64,000 bases of DNA, from contig NC_043005.1 of the NCBI RefSeq assembly GCF_006345805.1, forward strand, positions 86,428,001 to 86,492,000. The letters are read 5' to 3'. Position 1 is the stretch's first letter. Each line of letters begins with the position of its first letter. Below the pieces are notes generated by a model. It ran no database searches. It was not told where the DNA came from and saw only the letters and a list, made by a program, of their open reading frames with translations. A program made the position numbers and the translations under genes. Shown here piece by piece: positions 25,340-37,234 of the stretch. Source of the DNA: Octopus sinensis (taxonomy: Eukaryota).

Positions 25340-25745
25340 GGCGCAGGAGTGGCTGTGCGGTAATTAGCTTGTTCACCAACCCCATAGTTCCGGGTTCAGT
25401 CCTACTGCGTGGCGCTTTGAGCAAGTGTCTTCTACTTTAGCTTCGGGCCGACCAAAATCTTGTGAGTGGATTTGCTACACGGAAACTGAAAGAAGCCCGT
25501 CGCATATATGTATATATATCTGTGTGTGTGTATGTTTGCGTATCTATTTGGCCCCTCCCCCACAACATCGCTTGACATCCGATGCTGGTGTGTTTACGTC
25601 CACGTAACCTAGCGGTTCAGCAAAAAGATCCCGATAGAATAAGTATTAGGCTTACAAAGAACAAGTCCTGGGGTCGATTTGCTCGACTAGAAGGTGGTGT
25701 TCCAGCATGGCCGCAGTCAAATGACTGAAACAAGTAAAACAATAA
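25340..25745 (+). mobile_element. Full-length SINE (family B)
   Basis: gcaggagtggctgtgcggt head, gggttcagtcc B box, internal (TA)/(TG) tract, tail ccagcatggccgcagtcaaatgactgaaacaagtaaaa. Confidence 0.92.
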
Positions 25746-25788
25746 AAAGGAATAAAAAATTGATTTATCTTATTTTACTTATTTTTCT

Positions 25789-25825
<37 letters not shown>

Positions 25826-26141
25826 TGAGAGAGAGAGAGAGAGAGAAAGATGACTATGTATGTCTATATATAGACATGCGTGTGTGTGTGGGGGGATCCT
25901 CCCCCCTCGTTTTTCTGTGATTCTTCTATTGTCAACACTAACCCACTTCTGTGACTTTGATGGTTCAGAAGGTAACAAATTTCCCTTTCGTCTCCGACCC
26001 TTGACTCTGAGTGGCATCTCTTCGAATCGCGTGTTTTCTCCTTTCCACCAGTCGTTCGAAATCTGCAATAAAGAAAGATAGAATGATGGCGTCTTTGATG
26101 CGTGGTTGCATTTAAATAAATTATGACAAAAAGGAGTCCAA

Positions 26142-26188
26142 GATATCTCAGTCTTTCGTTAATACACTTGTACTGATCATCAGATATC
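26142..26188 (-). ncRNA. Degenerate hammerhead-like relic
   Basis: gatat-CTGATGA-t-..agtac/gtatt..-GAAA-gactgag-atatc. 5-bp stem I, but no NUH triplet. Confidence 0.35.
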
Positions 26189-26492
26189 AGTAGAGACAGA
26201 TGAAAGTATATATTCTTTTTATGCTTCCAACCTCAAAATTCTAAGTAAAATGTCGCCTATACACTAAGAGAAGTGGCAAATTTATATCAGATTCGAATTA
26301 ATAAACACTTGTCAGGTGTAAATTGTTCAATTTCTTGTGGAAATGGTGAAGGTGGAATTAGCAAAGAAATGTGCGAATGTAATTACGCCAGCATTATCGA
26401 AAATATACATTCTAAACTGAATCCTCCAGACACTACATACTTGTAACACTAAAGCATTACAGTATTTATCTTCCCATTCACAGAAACAACTA

Positions 26493-27610
26493 CACTGAAC
26501 CGCAAAACAAACGCGAGACGGGTGTGACTGTGAAATGTTTTAATTTCATTATTTCAGAGACAAATTTTGATAAATCTGATGAAGTCAATTTATTAGTTGC
26601 ACTTTGACCACACTCTACGGGTCGTTGTCATGTGTGCTGGTAGTGGGCGGATACAGCATATCGAGATTGTAGGGCGTGACGTGTTCAATATTGTGTATGC
26701 CCTTCATGGTTGTTCAAAACGGCCATACACCATCGGTACGTGGAGTGCATGAAGCGGTTCACAAAAACGAATGGCACTTGTGCCCACATACTGAGGAAAG
26801 CTGCTTCCAGTTCCATACGTGTTGTCGGCCGTCTCTGGATTTCATCTCACAAGTGTTCAATTGGGTTCAAATCCGGACTGAGAGCTAGCCACGGCATAGT
26901 TCGTATGTTGTGCTGACGCAGGAAGTCCGTGGTTTCCCTGGCTGTGTGGGAAGTGACACTGTCCTGCTGGTGACGCACGAAGAAGGGCACAAAGTGAGGT
27001 CTTAGAATCTGGTCAACGTAGCCCTGCGCTGCTATGCCATTCCCTCTGCCTGCACCAACATATGGGGCCTAATACTCTGATTCAGGTTTATAGTACCCCA
27101 AACCATGATGCTTTGACCACCACACGCGTCTCTCCATGACACATGTTCTCTGTAGCGTATACACTCACACCCTCCTCCTGCCATCAGAGATGGAAACGCA
27201 GTACTGGCTTTCGTCAAAGAAGACTATCGACTACTATTGCTGATGCGGCCAATGTTGCCTCTGTGTAGCCACCTAACAGTGCCGGGCGGTGAGGACAAGC
27301 CTCGAGCAGGACGACGACAACGCAGGTTGTTGACTCCCAGTCGAAGTCATTCTATATCGTCACCGATGGGTCGTTGTCCAGTGCCAATCCTGGCCGGTCT
27401 GAAGCGATCACGGAGGTGTTTCAGGCGGATGAAGCGCTCCTGCGTGGGCATGGTCACCCACGTGCACGGTCTGCAGTGCTAATTGGGTTGTTGTATCACT
27501 CTTGCCGGCGATATATGGTGCTGACATGGACACTGTACGCTTTCCCAACAACCAGAGCACGCTGCCTTGTTTACAATCGGCCAATAACTTGGTCTCTTTG
27601 CGCTGCTGCC
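26493..27610 (-). mobile_element. Decayed Tc1-like DNA transposon
   Basis: Minus translation pieces: VHVSTIYR, QERFIRLKHLRDRFRP, GGQSIMVWG, QQDSVTSHTA, WLALSPDLNPIEHL. One terminus TA|CACTGAACCGCAAAA at 26493; the other terminus was not found. Confidence 0.92.
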
Positions 27611-27899
27611 AATCGGGTCATACCTGATGCGTCCAAATTACGAATGAATTCTTTATTGTCCACAAGGGACTAAATATAGAGGGAACAATACAAATACAAA
27701 CAGGACAGTACAAACAAGAAACGCAAAAGTAGGGAAAAATCGAATGAAAAACAAATGAGAGAAAAATGAATGAAGGGGTGGAATGACAGCCACTCGAACC
27801 CCACACTCTGAGTGACCACATTGAACTCTTTTCCAGTCAATCACATTAATGAGGTTGTTTTTGTTTTTGTCATTTTAAAAAATATCGTGGAGACAATCC

Positions 27900-27972
27900 G
27901 TAGATTGCAAGGTTTCGATATCGGCTTCAATATTCGTACGGTACACACTTTTCTTGAACGTCTTCAGTCTAC
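27900..27972 (-). ncRNA. Type I hammerhead with disrupted cleavage site
   Basis: gtaga-CTGAAGA-cgttcaa...ttgaagccgatatc-GAAAC-cttgcaa-tctac. Perfect 5-bp stem I; U16.1 lost. Confidence 0.6.
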
Positions 27973-28348
27973 AAAATTGCACTCCGTTAACAATAACACT
28001 TTTTATATTTGAGGTATACTTCATACAATCAGGAATATCAACTTAATCAATACCTTTTAAACTATTTCCTTCGTCAGCATTTTATTCAGTTCATTAAAAC
28101 CTATAACACAACTCTTCTCACAGGGCGGGGTTTGGAGCATTTGGAGCTCCTGTATGACTGCTTGTGCGATTGGAGGGTCAGGGACGGGGTCAGCGACTGG
28201 TGGATCAGGTCAAGGAGTGGTGTCTGCGGGAGTACAGTGGAATAGAGTGGGAGAGGCAAAGGTTGGGCTAGGGTGTTGGTCTAGGGTGATGGTGAACTAA
28301 CTAGATTTCATCATCGATTCCGAAACCACTTGTGGGTATGTATGCTTA

Positions 28349-28802
28349 CATATAAAATTAGTATACATTTAAACACAAATGAGGTCAGCCTTAACAGGTT
28401 GGCTTACATGTTAGAAGGAACAGTCAAAAGTCCAAACCACAGTTAAGAGCAATTTCGAAGGGAATGAAAAATAAAAACATTCCCCTTATTTTACACCCGG
28501 ACCTTAGGTTTCTGACTTTAATAGCAAATAAAATAATTTGCAAGGTGAAGTTCTCCATGTTTGCAAGGCGAAGTTCTCAACAGCGGGTACGCCAAACGTT
28601 AATATATAAATATATGTTAATGTTTGTTAATTAAATTTCGAAAACTAAGGTCCGGCTGTAAAACATGGTAAATGTTTTTATTTTTCATTCCCTTCGAAAT
28701 TACTCTTAACCGTGGTTTGAAATTTTGACTGTTCCTTCTAGCATGTAAGGCGACGTGTCAAGGCTCGCCACTTTGCGTTTAAATGCACACTAATTTTATA
28801 TG
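28349..28802. mobile_element. Fold-back insertion with ~160-bp inverted arms carrying a hammerhead
   Basis: Arms about 28349-28510 and 28640-28802 are reverse complements (catataaaattagt..cttacatg.tagaaggaacagtcaaaa..ttcgaagggaatgaaaaataaaaacatt..ccggaccttag). Confidence 0.9.
28493..28590 (-). ncRNA. Type I hammerhead with variant core CTGTTGA
   Basis: gtacccg-CTGTTGA-gaactt...[23-nt duplication]...aaagtc-a-GAAA-CC-TAA-GG-TC-cgggtgt. 7-bp stem I, GUC triplet. Confidence 0.7.
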
Positions 28803-29105
28803 AAAAATATGTCTATTTACTTTGAATACATGGTAGGCCACTGGTAGAAAAAGTTTCTATAATTATAAAATATTATTAATTAATAGCAGGAGAGGGATTT
28901 CGTCTTAGACTTTTAGAGTATTAGAGTGGTGGAAGTTGAACCAACAGATGTGAACTAAAACTGCGGATGACACCGACTAGCTTAAACTGTGCCGGTGCTG
29001 TACTCAACAACATTTAAACACACTCATCAATTTATACTTATATGTCCAAGTTATTTATCATATCTATATATATATCAAAATAAGCAACAAGTATATCCGA
29101 GGTAG

Positions 29106-29194
29106 AGTAGTACAATTGTTTCATGCTACTTCATTTTATTAAACACCGTAAGTATTACATCAGTTTTAATATGTAGAGCAATCTTCAGCCACTT
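29106..29194 (-). ncRNA. Type I hammerhead, long stem II, intact core
   Basis: aagtgg-CTGAAGA-ttgct..catatt..aaaatg..agcat-GAAAC-AATT-GTA-ctact. ACAATTGT palindrome, GUA triplet. Confidence 0.8.
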
Positions 29195-29278
29195 ATAGAA
29201 TTTTCCACTTAAACGGACAACGCACATTCTTACCTTTATTTTATTTGCCAACATTATAGAGAGGATAGATATATAGAC

Positions 29279-29370
29279 AGAGTGCCTGAAGATTGCTCGA
29301 CATTTTAAAACTGATGTAATACTTACAGTGTTTAATAAAATGAAGTAGCAGGAAACTATTGTACCACTCT
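29279..29370 (+). ncRNA. Type I hammerhead, inverted partner copy
   Basis: agagtgc-CTGAAGA-ttgct..catttt/aaaatg..agcag-GAAAC-TATT-GTA-ccactct. C.C mismatch at the first stem I pair, then 6 bp. Confidence 0.75.
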
Positions 29371-29496
29371 ACCTCGGATATACTTGTTGCTTATTTTGAT
29401 TATAATCACCCCATTTGACTTATATCGATAATATGACTTAAGTAGTATATTCATCTGAATCTAAATTTTGCTGATCTTATATATATATATATATAT

Positions 29497-29705
29497 AGTT
29501 AATCCAAACATGAAAACACAAAGAGAAAACACAACAACGCAAGAACGTGGAACAAGTATAGTATTATTGGACGCTCATGAAAGGAAAGAAAGAAGGAGGA
29601 TTTAACGTTTCGAGCGGAGCACTTCGTGAAAAACATAGAAAAAGGAAAGATCCAAAGGAGGGAAGACGGCGGGAAAAAATCGCCAACGATACACACGCGG
29701 TCACA
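29497..29705 (-). mobile_element. PLE-type terminal fragment with decayed minimal hammerhead
   Basis: Minus 29633-29601: ttt-TTCACGA-a-gtgc-tcc-gctc-GAAAC-GTT-aaa. The tail runs to (TA)n at 29478-29497. Confidence 0.55.
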
Positions 29706-30399
29706 GTATATATGTAGATATATATATAATATATATATATATATACATACATATATATGTGTGTGTATGTGTGTATATATACACATAGATATATGTACAT
29801 ACATATATACATACACACATACATACATGTATATTGAGTAAAAGGATATTGTCAGAATTCGGATAATAGCATTTATCGAAATACTGGCTGCACCTTTTTA
29901 TTGATATACATAATCTGTGCACCTCTTCAAAAGTCTATACATACAAATATATATACGTGTGTGTGTATTAATCTCCATTAATATTTAAATGTGAGCGCAC
30001 ACATCTAAATATATTCATAAAAAATGAGTGAATGAAACAGTGGTAACAGCGGAAAAATATACAAGAGTTAGTTGTTTGCTAATAGCCTAAGAGAAAAAAA
30101 ATTCATGTTACCATCATTGAAAACTTTACGTAATAAAATTATGTCATTACATGGAAGTTAAAATTTAGTCTACATTTTTTTGTTTGTTCAATTTCCTTGA
30201 CGTCACTTAACATATTGACAAAGATACAATACATATATTTGTGCGTGTGTGTGTGTGTGTGTCTGTCTGTGTGTATGTATATATTTGGATATGTCTATAC
30301 TTATATATATATATATATATATGCATAAGCGCAAAAGATGTATGTTTGCTTGCAAACCTCATGTACCTAGATTCATTAGCACTGCATGACATCTTGAAT

Positions 30400-30700
30400 G
30401 TCTTCTTCTATAGACTTCTGCCAACCAAACCTTGTAAGGGGACTTCGTAGAAGGAAACTGAAAGAATCCCCCGTAGTAAATACATATGTGTGTCTGTCTT
30501 TGTGTTTGTGTATGTGTCTTTCTGTCTGTTTGTTTCCCAGCACCGCGTGACAACAGTTGCATGTACACCTCCATAGCTTTTAGGTTCTGCAAAAGAGGCA
30601 GTTACCAGACTCAGAAAGAAAATAATATTGTGGTCGATAAGTTCGACTAAAACACTTCAATTGCCCCAGCATGGCCGTAGATTAATAACTAAAGCAAGTA
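30400..30700 (+). mobile_element. Partial SINE (family B)
   Basis: gtagaaggaaactgaaagaatcccccgtag ... ccccagcatggccgtag. Confidence 0.7.
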
Positions 30701-30718
30701 AAATGCAAAAGGATGTAT

Positions 30719-30948
30719 ATAAAGGATGTCCCAAAAGTGGGTTTACAGTGTATTCAACTATCTCTTTTGCATTCATATATTAACTGTTTAGATCTCAATT
30801 ATGTAAAAATTTGAAGCCATTAATCTATGCTAATTTACATAATAAACAATATGATCGTAAGATAGAAGTTTAAATGTAGTAAAAGGATTTCAAAGAAACA
30901 TAAAGTGCCTACGTGATAATTGTAAACCTACTTTTGGGCCAAACTGTA
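30719..30948. mobile_element. Tc1/mariner-type MITE
   Basis: About 28-bp TIRs aaaggatgtcccaaaagtgggtttaca / tgtaaacctacttttgggccaaactg, flanked by TA. Confidence 0.7.
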
Positions 30949-31266
30949 TATATATAACCTTATAAAAGTGTAGGAGAAAATTTAAATTTATAGAATCAAG
31001 AGATATGCGCAGTAGTCCTCTAATTGTGACTCTGTGTGCACGGAATGAGAGTCAATGGAAACGGCACGGATCGGAGTAACGAAGAAGAGTAATTTCGAAG
31101 TAATCTGTCATTATAAAACTATGTTTTGTTCGTTTATGAAGGAAGAATAGTTATTGAAGTTTTAATGTCCCCATACCTCCAATAACCATCATTTACTGCT
31201 CTTTAGGACATACATTGAGCAGCCAGTAATGGTGGGGTTGTTTTAACCGCACGTGGAGAAATGATT

Positions 31267-31814
31267 GGAGAGGAAAAATTATAATAAGACAGAATGCTAA
31301 ATTGAAAGTAAATTTTAATAAAAATGATTGTATGAAAAATTAAAAAAGAAAAAAAATTCAAACCAGCTTTCATGGCAAGGAAAATTTCCGACATTTGGAA
31401 AGGGAATTTTTTTTTAATTGAGGAAGGGGAAAAAAGAAATTCACAAAGTTTTTTGAAAAGAATAATAATACATATATACAAAAATTAATAAATGTAGACA
31501 CATTGTAGTGTCTTATGCTTTAAAAATTCAATATTAGTCCTTGGAAAAACTCCTTTGGGGGATTAGGATGCATATACTATAATGTAGTGTTTAGTTTGAA
31601 AGAGTTGGGTGATTGTGTGACAAACAATCACCCAACTCTTATTTTGACACACAATCAACCAACAATTTTTTTTCCTTCTGAATCTTGAAAATTTGCCTTG
31701 CAATGAAAGGTGGTTTGATTTATTATTTTTTTCTTTTTTAATTTTTCATACACACATTTTTATTAAAATTTACTTTCAATTTAGCATTCTGCTTTATTAT
31801 AATTTTTCCTCTCC
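31267..31814. repeat. ~140-bp inverted repeat enclosing a perfect 17-bp hairpin
   Basis: Arms about 31267-31405 and 31675-31814. Hairpin aagagttgggtgattgt (31600-31616) / acaatcacccaactctt (31624-31640). Confidence 0.88.
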
Positions 31815-31817
31815 TAC

Positions 31818-31958
<141 letters not shown>

Positions 31959-32274
31959 GTATATACACATATACATATAGAAACAATGAGGATATTTAAA
32001 GCTCGTATAGGGATATTTTGAAGAGCTATTTCTTCAATGAATTTTCTTATATTAAATATCATAAAATATCATAAAATATTATAAAATATCAATTGTTTTA
32101 TTTCACAAATAAAATTAAAATTATAAACATAGATAAATATATCATATAAGTTTATATATGATTTATAATATTTATTTTGTGTTTGAAATGAAACAATTGC
32201 AGGTGAATACGTTAATTAATGTATTAATATTTTATCCATCAGATCTCTCTGTTTTCTACCTCAATAATTATAGT

Positions 32275-32650
32275 AGTAACTGTGTGGTATGTAGCTTGCT
32301 AACCAACCACATAGTTCCGGGTTCAATCCTACTATCTGACATCTTCGGTTAGTGTCTCGTACTATAGCCTCGGGCCGACAAGGACCTTGTCAGTTGATTT
32401 GGTAGAAGGAAATTGAAAGAAGTCAGTCGTGTATATATATATGCGTGTGTTTGTGTATGTATGTATGTATATTTGTGTTTAATGTGAGTTTGTCCCCCCA
32501 CCATCACTTGGCAAGGTATGTTGGTGTGTTTACGTCCCCGTGACCTAGTGGTTCGGCAAAAGAGACCGATAAAATTAGTACTAGGTTTCCAAAGAATAAG
32601 TCCTGGGGTGCTCCAGCAAGGCTGCTGAAACAATGAAAATTAGAAGAGTA
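32275..32650 (+). mobile_element. SINE (family B)
   Basis: ctgtgtggta..gggttcaatcc..tatagcctcgggccgac..tttacgtccccgtgacc. Confidence 0.85.
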
Positions 32651-32682
32651 AAAGAATATATATATATATATTATATATATAT

Positions 32683-32735
<53 letters not shown>

Positions 32736-33049
32736 TTGTGTATGTATGTATGGAAAATAAGACAAGTTAGAAAATAGTAACATAATTTTATCATGATGTA
32801 CCTTTTGTCACCCAATTTCGTCTGTTTGACTTTTTCAACTAAGAGTAAAATAAGAAAAAGAATTAAATTGGAGAAAAAATTAAGTGAAATGTTTTGTAGA
32901 TATTTCCATACTCTTTAAATAAGTAAATATTTTCCATAGCCTTCAGGTAGTCTGTTTCTCTGTCTGTCTCTTTCTATTCGTTTGTGAATGCCTAGTAGGT
33001 GGTTAGTAGTAGTTTGGGTAGAGAATTGAAGGTTTAAGCAGGAGCAGCC

Positions 33050-33165
33050 GAGTGAGGAGGAGGAGAAGAAGGTGAAGAAGTAGAAGTAGAAGAAGAAGGA
33101 GGAGGAGGAGGAGGAGGTGGTAGAGAAGTAGAAACATGGAAAGGAGAAGGAGATAAAAGAAAATG
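33050..33165. repeat. Purine-rich (GAG/GAA)n tract
   Basis: Direct reading. Confidence 0.8.
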
Positions 33166-34269
33166 AAACCTAGAGGGGTGCAGTGACACAGTAATTTATT
33201 CGTTGCATTGTCCCTGAATTTAAAGAGGAGAAAAATTCTAAATTTGGATTGTTCATTAGTGGCGATGTGCTCGAAGGGAATATGGTGCCATATTCTCTTC
33301 CATATCGGCTACCTCTGATGAGCGTAAGGTTATATAATCGGATTGTTACCTAATACTCCATTACTAACCCGATTGGTAAGATCAGCTGTGATGCCTTTAT
33401 AATACTATATATTTTGAGCAATATACCCACTCTATTGACATATATATATAATTGCATCGTTCCCCTGATTTATGGTCTCTTAGACGATTCACACACACAC
33501 ACACACACACATGTACATCAAATACCATTTCGAATAATAGTGTAGCACAGGCAACGGTGGTGTCCCAGTACGATCGCAGCTTTGAAGCTGAAACAATTTA
33601 GTAAAGAATTTGTGTTTGTGTGTGTAGGTATGTGTATGTATGCATGTATATTCATGTATATATAAGTTTACTTATATACAGCATTCGACGATACATTACA
33701 TCGACACAAGTTTGTATATTTCGCTGTTTCCATAAAACTGCATGGAACGAATTTTGTCTTCCTTATAGGCATTCGTGTGACATTGAGCTTGAGTGTATAT
33801 ACTCAAACACCTTTGTCTCACTCGATAATTTAAATCAGTATTTGCTTTTGCTGACGTCAGCAAAGACCAGAGATCCTTTGCTGACGTTGATACGGAAACT
33901 ATACTGAGAGTCACAAATATACAGAAAGATATGAGAAAGAGGAGCGAGAGATAGATAAATAGAAAGAGAGTGAGAGGGAGGGAGAGAGTGTTGTAGACAT
34001 CTTATGTAAATAGAATTTAATAATGAAGCACAGATATAATCGATGTAAATATTGAGAGGAAAAGAGGAATGTATTCAGAGCGAGAGAGAGAGGGACAGAC
34101 AGAGACAGAGAGACGAATGACATGTAAAGAAAAAAAACAGGAATGCACAAAGAAAGTACACACAATTAGGTGTACATGTGTGCGTGTACATGGGTATGTA
34201 AGTGTGTATAGATAATTGTTATGTATGTAGAAGCTGTATGTGAATGTCTGCATATACATACATACATAC

Positions 34270-34300
<31 letters not shown>

Positions 34301-35371
34301 CAAATATACATACATGTGTATACATATATATATGTATTTATATATGTATATATATATATATATTCACATATATATATATAGAAATATACATACATGTTTA
34401 TGCATACATTTATGCGTACATTTTCTTTGTACACACACGCACTCCCAGGAGAATGCATATATATATATATATATAATATATATATATATATATGCATTAT
34501 CCTGGGAGTGCGTGTGTGTACAAAGAAAATGTACGCAGATTCAGAGTCTGAAAGAAAATAATATATCAGACTGACGCAAATGGAAAACAACGAAACAGAG
34601 AAATATCGAAGAAGAGTTAAATAAAATCGGGGGAAAAAATGATGAAATAAAATGAAAAAAAAACCCAACCAGAAACAGCGAGTACAGAAAAGAGAAACTA
34701 GCAAATAATATTGAAGAGTAAAAAATGCGGATGAGTAACGTATAACAAAATAAACCGAAAGAATTGCAGATTTCATGTAAGAAACTACAGTTAGAACAGT
34801 TGAGAATAGAACAAATAATTTTTTTAAAAATTGGAATAATTCCATCTTGAAAAACATGGAAAAACTATATTACAATAAAGTAAAGAGAAGTACAAAAAAA
34901 TAAATGTTTTTCATGTAAGAAAAAAATAATAAAATGAATTTTTAGTATGGAACATGTAAACAAGACCAACAAAATTTATAATAAAAAGAAATAGTATTTT
35001 AACGAACAATATAGTAAACAATAGAAAAAATAAACAATTATATAAGACGAAAAAATATAAATCAAATCTCTAAACTGAAATAAAATGAAATGTTTTTATG
35101 GAAAAAAATTAAAATTAAAATTTGTAAAAATAATTAAATGTGTTTTAGAGAAAGGAAAATAACAAAACTGTGACAAACATTGAGTAAGAAGAGGAGAAAA
35201 ATTATGAAAGTTGCAAAAAGATAAAAATGAAAGAAAATTTTTTTTTAAATGCAGAGAATATATTTCTGTTTAAATTATTTGTATTCTTTTAGCAGATTAT
35301 TGTTTACAATTGCTGTAACGTAGAGAAGTGATGGCATACTCTAGCACACATACATGTCATGCATGTACGTA

Positions 35372-35391
35372 ATCTGTCTATCTATCTATCA

Positions 35392-35469
<78 letters not shown>

Positions 35470-35502
35470 TTATTTATCTATCTATCTATCTATCTATCTA
35501 TT

Positions 35503-35533
<31 letters not shown>

Positions 35534-35635
35534 CTGTCTATCTATCTATCTTTCTATCTATCTATCTTTTTATCTATTTATCTATTTATCTACTTATCTA
35601 TCCATCTATCTATCTATTTATATATCTGTCTATCT
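35372..35635. repeat. (TATC)n microsatellite
   Basis: Direct reading; source of the IYLS ORFs. Confidence 0.95.
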
Positions 35636-35659
35636 CCCACATACACACGCACACATATA

Positions 35660-36005
35660 GGCGCAGCTCGGCTGTGTAGTGAGAAGTTTTCTTCGCAAAC
35701 ACATGGTTTCAAGTTCAATCGTACCTCGTGCCACCTTGTGCAAAATACCTTTTCCTAAAGACCTGGGGCGCCTAAAGCCTTGTGAGAGGATTTGGCAGAG
35801 AGAATCCGATTGTTTGTGGGTATGTATGAGCCTATCACCCACCACTGCGCGATAATCATTGTTGATTTGTTTACGTCCCCCTAAATTAGCTCTTCGACAA
35901 AAGAAACCAATAGGATTAGTACCAAACTTTAAAAAGTAGTACTGTGGTCGATTCGTTCGACAAAATGTTCAAGGCAACAATCGAATGACTGAAGCAAGTA
36001 AAGGG
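35660..36005 (+). mobile_element. Degenerate SINE (family B)
   Basis: gctgtgtagtgagaag..gccaccttgtgcaaa..tttacgtcccc..atgactgaagcaagtaaa. Confidence 0.75.
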
Positions 36006-36018
36006 TAATATATATATA

Positions 36019-36080
<62 letters not shown>

Positions 36081-36085
36081 CATAC

Positions 36086-36116
<31 letters not shown>

Positions 36117-36525
36117 CATACATATGTATATATATATATATATACATACATATGTATGTGTATATATATATATATATATTATATATATATATATATATAT
36201 ACATATGTATATATATATAGATACATATACACATATTTACATATATATGTATATATATATATATAGAGAGAGAGAGAGAAAGAGAAAGAGAGAGAGAAAG
36301 ATAGGTTATGAGAGTTATTGGTGTCAATAAGACCCAAAGGTGTCAAGTAATGCTGTGTAGTTGCTGTCAACAGACTATAGTTATGGCCCAGGTTCGGTGA
36401 TTATCCGAATAAGGAGTCCAACGTAGGTGATATATCAGCATGTGTATATACAAAAAAAAATTGTATAAAATTCAAAGATAAAAATCAAAGGCTGTGAAGG
36501 ATTTTAGAACATTTATAAATAGAAG

Positions 36526-36573
36526 GTCTTAGAACTGTTTCCGGGATATCTTATAAATCCCTTCATTAGAGAC
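36526..36573 (-). ncRNA. Type I hammerhead, decayed (G5A)
   Basis: gtct-CTAATGA-a-gggat...atccc-g-GAAAC-AGTT-CTA-agac. Same family as 18736. Confidence 0.65.
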
Positions 36574-36699
36574 GGTGTGAGAAAATGTTTGAGCAATAGT
36601 TATTCTAGATAAGATATGAAATAGAGAGTGAAGTGGCGGAAGGAAAATAGACGCGAGTTATGCAGGGATATTGCATCTGTAGATACATTATTTAGGCAG

Positions 36700-37013
36700 A
36701 ATGGTGTACATATAAAATTCCAATACCTTGTGATTAAGTTCCAATAGTATTTAAATAACGTGAAATTAACGTGCAAGTAGCTGAGTACTCCAGAGACTAT
36801 ACCCTTAACGTAGTTCTTAGGGAGATTCAACATAACACAGAGTGTAACAAGGCTGGCTCTTTGAAATACAGGCACTGCTCCTTTTCCCCAGCTGAGTGAA
36901 AAGGAGCAACATGAAATAAAGCGTCTTGCTGAAGAACATAACGCGTCGCCAGGAATTGAACTCCCGACCTTACGATAGTGAGCCGAATGCCCTAATCACT
37001 AAGCCACGTGCCT
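36700..37013 (-). mobile_element. SINE (family C)
   Basis: Reverse complement of gcacgtggcttagtgattagggcattcggctcactatcgtaagg..gagttcaattcc. Confidence 0.88.
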
Positions 37014-37135
37014 TCAGACACACACGCACACGCATATATATGGATACCTAGATAGATAATGGATAGTGTACATTTATACATGCTTACACATGCATGGATG
37101 TCTGTACGTATGTATGAATGTATGTATGCCTCTTC

Positions 37136-37138
<3 letters not shown>

Positions 37139-37225
<87 letters not shown>
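37139..37225. repeat. (TG)n microsatellite
   Basis: Direct reading. Confidence 0.95.

Positions 37226-37234
<9 letters not shown>

Larger units (their letters stand above)
29074..29400. mobile_element. Fold-back insertion with ~120-bp inverted arms, each a full hammerhead
   Basis: 29074-29193 is the reverse complement of 29281-29400 with few mismatches. Confidence 0.92.

Noticed and set aside
28349-29400. Classifying the two long inverted repeats as ordinary MITEs
   Set aside because: No recognisable TIR signature or TSD, and both carry hammerheads at the inner arm boundary, which fits PLE-type inversion better.
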